DNA from: Tubiluchus corallicola
Lineage: Eukaryota > Animalia > Priapulida
Direction of reading: 5' to 3'
Length of the DNA stretch: 64,000 nucleotides
Assembly: GCA_030141605.1 (NCBI GenBank)
Contig: JAQGDQ010000241.1
Location: forward strand, 277,706-341,705
Position numbers and translations under genes: made by a program. Position 1 is the first letter of the stretch, and each line of letters opens with the position of its first letter. This document shows positions 54,911-64,000 of the stretch, in pieces. The notes beneath the pieces are model-generated. The model was not told where the DNA came from. It saw only the letters and a program-made list of their open reading frames with translations, and did no database searches.

Positions 54911-55111
54911 AAATATCTTTACTAACATGCGACACGGGTTTCGTCCTGCTCGGGGCTTCATCAAGGAATAAAAAACAGTTAAAACAGAATATTACTCAGT
55001 TACATAACAATTCATAACATTATGGATAATGTTATGTTTCCCTTGTTTTATAGTTCCTGATGAAGCCGTGGAGCAGAACGAAACACGAGTTGGACGTTAA
55101 TAAAGATATTT
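54911..55111. mobile_element. Foldback element with two inverted Penelope-type hammerhead ribozyme motifs
   Basis: + copy gttc-CTGATGA-agcc...-GAAAC-acga-GTT-ggac at 55053-55095; - copy TTGATGAagccccgagcaggacGAAACccgtGTC; ~58-bp inverted arms. Confidence 0.65.
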
Positions 55112-55189
55112 AATATTGCAATGAAAATTTGCTGAATTACAGCAAACAGATTTTAGTCATTTGATGGGCTACACAGGGGTTGCTGAGCC

Positions 55190-55320
<131 letters not shown>

Positions 55321-56780
55321 TGCTGTATTTTCTTTGAAATGGGTCAACCCTTGTTTAACTAATTTTTGAAGCCTGCGTGTAGCACATATAACACAGCCAG
55401 AGAAAGGACTGTACCCACCAACAATTGTTTTTTTCTCTTACTTTTGTCATTCTGGTTGTGACTGTGCGCTGGTGGTGCTGGTAATTGAGGTGGTAGTGAT
55501 GCTGGTCAATTGAATTTTAGGTTTACATTGTACTTCGTTGTAAATTTGATTTATAGTTTTCTTTTGGCAATTATCTTTAGAAATGGAGTCTAAGTAAAGA
55601 GCTTTTTCTCTATTGTCAATAGATGTCACCACAGTATGCGTTTACGAATCAACATAACAGCTTTGGCGTACTCATTTACAAGTTATTAATGAACAGGGAC
55701 TAAATCTTGAAAGCAGTTATTATAGGTTCGTCGAGAGACACAATAGTCATTGTAGGCTTTGCAGCACAGGCCTAAACTTATTCATTAATTATATTTGTTG
55801 CTTGTCACCCTTTACAAGATATCCTAATTCTTTCATATTTTTGCATTACATCTGAATCACACAATTTTATGTTTATTTTTTATCATAAGGAAATTATGTT
55901 TTTGACTTAGCTTTCGCTGTACATAGCTCTTATAGCTCTTAAGGAACTATTTTCTGAAAGGAAATTTACTTGTGCTGCGTCCCGGGAGCTTGTGAGGTAC
56001 CAGGTATTTTCTTAATATAAGCATTACAGTTTGCATGTATATTGCTTGAATAAATTTCTTTTGCCGTATTGCTCTATTCATATTAGCTGTGCAAAACATA
56101 GAATTTTTACTTCGTTCAATGGTGTTTCTAATTGAAACTAGCTTTTTCGAACAGCACAATAATTTTAATTGGAAACGTGCATATCCGAAAAACATTGATA
56201 ATACTTTCTCAATAGATTGCTTGTTAATCAAAGGAGAAAACCTGAAATCATAGGTCAGAGCTCTGTGTCAGCTCTCAAAGCACCATAACAACTAAGTGTC
56301 TAAAACATGGTCGAAAATCTTCTGCACGTGGACGGTGCTGCCACCACACATGGTAAAATGGCAATTAAAGGCCTTATAAATGGACTTACAAAAGATCTGT
56401 TCAGTACATTGTTTTCACTTTTTTCATTTTAATAAATTTATTCATTTTTGTATTGTTGTGATAGGTCTGCGTGTCTATTTATATACATTAAACGTACAAT
56501 AACTATGACGAAACTCGAATTTTTCTATTCGAACTAGTCTGAAATAATGAAACTTTTCAAACCTAAAACAAGGATAGCAAAGTAAAATGGATTTAAAGCC
56601 ATTTGGTCAACTAAATGAGTTGTATAACTAATACAACTACCAGGTAATATTATAATTGCCAAGAAGAATAAGAGCAAGAATTCATTGGCTTATACTACTG
56701 TAGATAACAGGTTGGCATTATTAATAAAAACGTTTTTACATAATGTTTGTTTGTTAATGATTATTGATGTTGTTTTTGCA

Positions 56781-56786
56781 TTTATT
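56781..56786 (-). terminator. Putative polyadenylation signal of the serine protease gene
   Basis: AATAAA on the minus strand 70 nt downstream of the TAA stop. Confidence 0.5.
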
Positions 56787-56855
56787 GATTAAGAACTCGC
56801 TTTTATAGATTCGTCATAGATTTAGTAATAACATTATATCATAAATCATCAGGTC

Positions 56856-57258
56856 TTATGAACTTTTCATGTGGCTGACTAACCAGTCATGATAATAGGT
56901 GACTCTTGCCCATCCATCTGGAAAAGGTTCTTCTCCGATTTGGCATCCACTCACGGACCATGACGTCACACCGACCAGAGTTGGCTCATCGTCGTCGTCA
57001 ATTATCCACAAAGGTCCGCCAGAATCACCCTGAATGAAAACATTTATGTGTTATCGGTTACTATATTGTAAATTTGTAATTTATATATGATATTCTTAGT
57101 TAAAAGAATCCTAGGTAATTCGCTATTCCAGTTCTGAGAGGCAGAGAAAACCCGGTTAATCAAGAAATTCTGGACAATTGGAATTTAGATCTGTGCCCTA
57201 TATTTTAGCGTGGTATTGGCTGTGTCAAATACTCATAAGCAAAATGAGATAGCATTGA

Positions 57259-57291
<33 letters not shown>

Positions 57292-60200
57292 TAGATAGAT
57301 AGATAGATATATAAAGGGATTGGAACGAAAAGGCTTTGTGAAGTGCAGTAAATTACATAAACAAAACAATAAAACATTGTTTATATTTGATAAATTCTTT
57401 ATGTCACTTCTCTCTGTAAATGTGGCGTAATGTGTGTCACGTTGTTCTGATTCTGTCGTGTACGCACTTACGTTGCAAACTGTGGGCGATCCCTTGCCTG
57501 CACAAATCATTCCTGGTTGAATGAATCCTGGCTGATGCTCTCCCCATATAGCATCACATTCTTCGTTTGACAAGATTGGCATATCATAGCCTTTCAATAA
57601 TACATCTGAGGTGGGGCCATCTACAATTTAAAATATATAGTAATGATGACAATAATAATCAGGAAGACAATGTGAGTGTAGATGAAATAAAACAGTAACA
57701 CCACAACGAACAAACAACAGCAACAGCAACAATCGCCGTAAATACTAGGTTGTCATTGCTGTTGTTGTTATTGCTGTGTTGTTGTTGTTGCTCTGGTTGT
57801 TGTTGCTGTTGTCGTTGCTGTTGCTGTGTTGTTGTTGTTGTTATTGTTGCTGCTGTTGCTGTCGTCGTGGTTGTTGTTGCTGCTCCTGTTGATTTGTTGT
57901 TGTTATGGAATGATCTCAACCAAATACTATGATTCTTACCGCCATAAATTCTCCCAAATCCAGATGTACGACCCATGTACCCATCATATTGATTACTATT
58001 ATTACTAGCCAGTCGAATTGGTTGTAAATTTTCTGTGAGCTCCATAGGTCGAATTAAATGCAAGATGGCGACGTCGTTATATATTTGGCTTGAAATATAG
58101 TCCTCGTGCATATATATGCGTTCAAACTGAAATTTATATTCATGAATTAAATCAAGTGTAAAATGACATTTGTTTAAAATGCATCTTGTACGCTGGCGCA
58201 CGAATAAAGCACTGCCCCATTTTCTAAGTTCCATTTATTAAAATTACCTCAAATTTTGGTATCGACTTTTGGGGCATACTTAATATTGGTGAAATTTTTA
58301 TAATACATTAATTTCTAACAAAATGCAGACTTTGTAATATCTGTAATACAGTTTAATTGCTGATATTGATTTTGCTGCGCCATGAACGTAACCAAAAATG
58401 AAAAAAATCTGCATATAGATTGTGAATTTATATCAGTAAGTCTTGTAGTGGCATTTCAGAAATACAGAGCAGAACTGGCAACTAAAAGAAAAGTAATAAT
58501 GTTTTTACAATTTATGAAGAGCATTGCACTCACTTAAAAACACAAACTCTCGAAACGTAGTTTCAAAACATACAAGACAAATTATAATACTGTAGGTACG
58601 ATATAATTTTTAAAAAACACAATGAGAATTTTTTTGAAATTTGATAAGATGGTAAATTCTGATGCCAAACGATTGTTTCGAACTTAGCTCCAAAAAGGCT
58701 TACTGATAAAAACTGCAACTTGCAACTGACGTTTACAAGTGTAAAGCAAAGTGTAGTGTCAAAATTTTTGTTATATACACATACATATGTATTAATCATA
58801 ATTTGTAGTACTTACACCAACGTTGGGTGGATCGTCAGGAAAAGATGGTTGCTGGGTTATTCGACCAAATCCAGCTGTGAAAAAAGCCGGATAGTGTTGA
58901 CTCCTTAAAAAATTAATTTACTTTCAATTTACATTCGCCAGTGGTGAAATGTGTGGAAAAAAGGGAAGACTTGGTTAAAGTGGGAAATTTCAAAATACAA
59001 CCTGCAACCTTCAAAATGTAACTTACAGATCACACTAATAATAACTTTTTTCAAATACTTTTTGAGTTAAAATATTTTGACATTTGTTAGTCATTAGCTA
59101 TATGACTAAAAACGTATTCTTATTTTACCAAACTTTTAATGACAGACCAGTGAATCTCACTAAGTCTAACTCAAACCTTATTAGTGTAAATTTGAAGACC
59201 TAATTTAAACTCTAATTCAAACCCTAATTCATACTGTGCAATGGCCTAAAATTCATTATTTTATGTAAATCTTTTGGATTTCGTTATTCTTTCCCTAAAC
59301 AGCTGAGTAGAAATTTTATTTGGCACTGTTTTGAGTCAATCTAAAAGACGTTCCTAATAAGGTCACTCGGTCTACCTGTCTTTCCAACTTTTTGCTTTTC
59401 TTTTGCTCTTTATTGATAAAATGATTGTTTATACTGTCTTTTACCTCACTCTTGTTTACTCTAGCATTATTTTGGTCCGTCTTTGCTTTTTTCACTATTG
59501 TCTTTTTTTACCAGTGACCAGTCCTTCAGTAAAAATTATATTTTAATAAACTATGAATGATAATATTGTCTGTTTCATATTAATTTTGACCCTTTCTGCC
59601 TTCCATTTAGAGTCCACTAAATGACATGTTCTTACCCAGCAACACAGTGGGCGGCTGTGATGACGTTGTATTCATCCAGGAGTGAACATCCACAATAAAA
59701 GCTGTTGCGATTGAATAAAATACCCTAAAATTGGAAAAAAGAGACTTGTTGAATATTACTTAAAACATTTTATATATTGTACGATACCTGAAAGCGATGA
59801 CGATCAATGCATAACATCACCGGTCCCTAAGCCTAATATCACTCATCCAATTAGGCCCAAAGTACAGAAATGCCCTATGTCTATACATCTTTGCTAACAT
59901 CTAAATGAAAACTCTGAATCAGACAAGTAAGACATACGTTTAACAGTTTTGTATGACAGGCATTATGCAATCTATAATATATATTAACACTTTATAAAAT
60001 TCCAAGGCCACAAAGTACGGAATGATATGCAACAAGTGACTAAGGAAATTTAAAATATTTACACTTTAAAAAGACGTATTAAATGGGATATATGTAATTC
60101 CTATGAATAATAATAGAATTGCATTACGCATGATACTAATCTTCTTCCATTTTGCGGTAAGTCTCATCTTGCACTGCTGTGGTAATCTTAGTTTTAGTTA

Positions 60201-60785
60201 ACATGGTCAGTGTTATCATTATTACATCACATATCGTGATCTCTCTCTTCACCCTTTTGTTTCTCCTTTCGTTGCCATTACTGGCAAGTTCATCCTCATT
60301 TGCCTTGTTTGTAATTACGTTATGTGTTCATGAAATGAATAAATTAACTTAAGTAAATTAAAATGAAACTAAATTAAATTAAACACCTGCCATGGAACTT
60401 CTCCTAACTCTGCTGGAACACCATCAACAATTCTTGTGTCATCAAACGTTTGCACAACAGCTGTAAGAAGAAAATATTGCAATGAAAGTGTGATCGGTGT
60501 CACCATCGTCGCCAACACCATCATCGCAATCATTATTATCATCGTCATCGTCATCATCATCATCACCACCACCACGGTCCGCTACATTTAGTTTAGATAT
60601 TTGAAAAAATAGCTCAAATTAGATAATAGAGACAATGTAATGGAGACAATGCAGAGCAATTGCTGCTGTCAATTGCCTGTAGTAGTAAAATCAGTTTTAC
60701 GAAACTCGAAAATTTGTCTTTACTTACGTCTTCTTGGAAATGCGAAAGCATTCGCAAAGAAGGCGAAAATCAACACTATCTTCAT
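56856..60785 (-). CDS. Secreted S1A (chymotrypsin-clan) serine protease, brachyurin/collagenase-like, 272 aa, 7 exons
   Basis: Exons (minus): 60785-60728, 60460-60387, 59724-59636, 58903-58816, 58126-57940, 57620-57472, 57029-56856 (819 nt in frame). Signal peptide MKIVLIFAFFANAFA, activation site R|IVDG, catalytic TAAHC, NDVAIL and GDSGGP. Confidence 0.93.
57261..57311. repeat. (AT)n/(AGAT)n microsatellite
   Basis: Direct reading; inside protease intron 6. Confidence 0.9.
57755..57903. repeat. Degenerate (TTG/CTG)n tract
   Basis: Direct reading; inside protease intron 5. Confidence 0.85.
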
Positions 60786-60869
60786 GGTAAACATCTTGCT
60801 AATTCAACATCTATCTCATTAATTTAACAGCTTATAACATCATCAGCTACCTTTTAGTCTACGATTTAG

Positions 60870-60876
60870 TTTTATA
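60870..60876 (-). promoter_or_regulatory. Putative TATA box of the serine protease gene
   Basis: TATAAAA on the minus strand about 85 nt upstream of the ATG at 60785. Confidence 0.45.
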
Positions 60877-61570
60877 TCGGGCTATCGTCTTGTATAAACG
60901 ATAAGTAAATATCGGTGGTATCATTCATGGGTTTTGTGATGAGTATTATCGTTGTTATACAAACTACAATTTAGTATGTACCCAATTTACTATCGTAACA
61001 TCTGTTGGATTCCCATGCCAACGAAACGTCAAGTGAAAGAGGGAGAGAGAGAGAGAGAGGGGGGGACAGCTAGCCAGAGAAATAATCATGTAAAACAATA
61101 TGTATTGCGAGTCATAATCATTTCATTTAGGTGTTAAGACACTTTTTATAGTAGCATCGCCTATTTCAGATAGTAGGAAACGCCATTTTTAATTTTTGAC
61201 CTTATACGTAGGACCGGAAATTGCAAAATAGCAACTGGGCAGCATTCCCAAGACTATCATCGAAGATGAACAAGTTGTTATTGTCAGAGGCAAATAACCT
61301 TGGGCAAATCTGCAGCTGCACGTCGGTGAGCATTACAATTTTCACCGTGGCGGTATTTACAGCTTCTTCTCAGATAACTCAAGCAACAGTTTGTTAAAAA
61401 CCAAGACAAATCCCCGTTTATGCTCCTGTAATAAATCTGTTTGAAAGTGCGAAAGTAACAACATCCCGAGAAAGATATAGATTTTTTGATAAACAGACGT
61501 TTAGTCTGCAGCTGGAAATCTTAGGACTAATGTGAAGTCGATTTTTATCCGCCGGCATCGTAGTCCCAAA

Positions 61571-61672
61571 GGCACATTCAGACTAGCGAAGTAAGTAACT
61601 CGCAAACATGTTCAGTTAGTGTCAGACAGTTCACACTTGTGAGTTTACTGACAGCGAGAAAACTCGCTAGTC
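61571..61672. mobile_element. Short copy of the same MITE family
   Basis: ggcacattcagactagcga ... gagaaaactcgctagtc inverted ends. Confidence 0.55.
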
Positions 61673-62356
61673 TTTTCGCCGTCTTACGGCTCGCCGGTAA
61701 GAGAACCTGCATTCCGATTTCATCGTTCATCATCATGACAGAGATCGAGTTTTCTTAGCCATCGACTTTTAATTCATGGTACCCACAAACGAGGAGGTTA
61801 GGGTCACAAACTTGCATAAGCAGACATTTGGGGCGAAATATACCGAAAACTGCTCAATCGCACACAATTAAACTGCCTGCATCAGGCATAGTCAAGCGAT
61901 TAGCATAGTCAGGCATAGATTTGGATAGATCTAAATTCATTTCAGTTTTGTTACCATAATGTCATTTTAATTTGCGTGTTTTCTATTAGTTCAATACTTA
62001 TTTTTTGCGAGTAGTTTAATACGAGTAGATGGCGGCACCAGCATGTAAACAGTGCTAGTAGAGGTATTGACCCCTATTGACAAGAAAGCAAAATATTTTA
62101 AGTTAGCGATTCTTTAAAAATAAAGCACACCTGGTTCGTAATATTTGCAATCGAATTTATGTAGCTTTTGGATTTGTCTACTTAACAGCAGTTAATTTAG
62201 AGATATAGTTTGACACACATACTTACATTTCACGACTTAGCGTATTGAAAAATTAAGCAAAAAATAATTTTCTAATACAATTGAAAAACTGAGATATCTG
62301 ACCTTTGAAACCAGACAAAGTGTAAAAAAATCAGGAAAATTTGTCTAAAATACAGT

Positions 62357-62525
62357 AAAACACACAAAAATTTTCAGACGTGTTTCAGTACCTATTGGCG
62401 TCATCATCATTCGTATGATCTAACTACAGCAAATGTTAACTGTACCTTCGCTGTTGTAGCTACATATATTGCTGATGATGACATCTGCAGGTGTGGAAAC
62501 ATTTCCGTAAATTTAATGCGTTTTG
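62357..62525. mobile_element. Second foldback element with inverted hammerhead-like motifs
   Basis: + copy CTGATGAtgacatctgcaggtgtgGAAAC (62472-62500); - copy ATGATGAtgacgccaataggtactGAAACacGTC; arms extend across ~170 bp. Confidence 0.55.
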
Positions 62526-64000
62526 TCATTTGACCCTGAATTAACGATCTCGCCTTACAAGTCCATCATATCCTCTGATTATTATTACCAGAATGCATTC
62601 AAATCGCACGAATATAAGCGAATTCAAGAATATATTCACCCTTCAGTACAGTGCTTTCTCGCCCAAGGGACAAAAAACTAATTACTATCAAATTACTACC
62701 ATGTTTACAAACTGTCTGTGTGATGGCTTGCATTATCACTTAAAAACTTGGCATTTGGGGAGCTTCAACAAGATGTAGGCTAACGACAAGTTTATTCTTC
62801 TCCTGAATCATTTGAACTTGTAAAAAAATCATATAAATTATAAAACAGTATTTGGCAAATATAGAGGTGGGAATTTTTTAGACGTTCTTCCAATTAACTG
62901 GTTACATGAACATAAATTATATCAAGCTTGTCAGAACAATTGACACTTATAACATTTAGTAAAGTTAATTATGTAGATATAACGCCGTATATTAATTTTT
63001 CCGCCAAACTTTTTTGCATCTAACTAAAAAGTTATTTAGTTGAATTTCATACGTTATCATCACGGGACGTATTAGTAGTAGAAATGTCTTCCACTTTATC
63101 AGCATAATTTTTCATTTCTTCATGATGACGCATTAATCAACAAAATATCTGTACTATTGAGTTATGATAGCATCATTTGAATGCAGAAGCCAAAAGGTAG
63201 ATGATTGAATTTACTTTACGTTAGTGCAGCTATTTACTACGTGATGTAAATACAACAATGCCACAGATAATTGTATGTATACATATGTACAAATGAATGA
63301 GATATCAAAGGAAGATATACGGTTTTATATCCCTTATTATGCATATGCACAAATACTTTACATTTTTATACTGTAGGACCTTTTGGGTACAAAAGCAATT
63401 ATTACAATATCTTAGCATTTAAAAGAAGAACTTAACATTGTCTTACCCGCAGCGGCCTTAAATATGGGCTTTGGTTCATCACCACTCTCTTCAGGTGTGT
63501 AGTAATACTGTTTGTACATTATTGCAGGTACAAATCATCATCAGTAATTAAAGCACTCCTCACCAATGCAAGGTTCCCTGCCTTTCCTTGCATGTAAGTC
63601 TGTGAGAAAGTCACTTTGTCGCACACATCAACGACGACGTCTTCTAAGGGTATTCAGTCACAAAATTAATCACAAAATTTAAATATCACTCGGTATTACA
63701 CAGTTGTCCAGAAAAAACGTTCCCCAAACTACTCATAAATATTCAGCCCGATAGAAGTAAAAGAAACCATATCATCGTACAGCCTGATTTTTCCTCTTTC
63801 CTATTTCCCTCCTGGGCTCCGCCGAGTGCCGTATTATAGGGCGTTTTTTCTGCACGGTGTTCTTCTAGGAACGGCGTGTGAAAACCCACCCGGGCTACGC
63901 GGTGATGAGGACCTCTTTAATAAACGCCTCTACCAAGATATAAAGCTACGAGTTAATTTGGGAAAACGTTTTCTTGTGGACGACTTTTACATTAAATTAT

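Noticed and set aside
63446-63520. Minus-strand segment MYKQYYYTPEESGDEPKPIFKAAA ending at a GTAAGA donor
   Set aside because: No recognisable homology or partner exon; it cannot be tied to the protease, which has its own signal-peptide exon.

Overview
AT-rich, intron-rich and microsatellite-rich animal (invertebrate, probably protostome) genomic DNA. Three protein-coding genes can be reconstructed by hand. (1) A + strand integrin alpha subunit of the laminin-binding alphaPS1/alpha3-6-7 type: 24 in-frame exons at 11345-33263, with the signal-peptide exon not found and probably upstream of the window. (2) A 2.6-kb uninterrupted ORF (41830-44412) fusing about 10 ankyrin repeats to an intact cGAS/Mab-21-like nucleotidyltransferase, i.e. 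a candidate ANK-cGLR innate immune sensor and the most interesting feature. (3) A 7-exon - strand secreted S1 serine protease (56856-60785) with a brachyurin-like Thr189/Asp226 pocket. The non-coding DNA holds MITEs (hAT-, Harbinger- and Tigger-like), LINE remnants, tRNA- and 5S-derived SINE fragments, and two foldback elements made of inverted Penelope-type hammerhead ribozyme motifs. Integrin introns contain a candidate 15-nt microexon, a 69-nt cassette exon, a recursive-splice-like AG|GT site and a minisatellite built from a 5' splice site. All calls come from manual reading; no searches were run.
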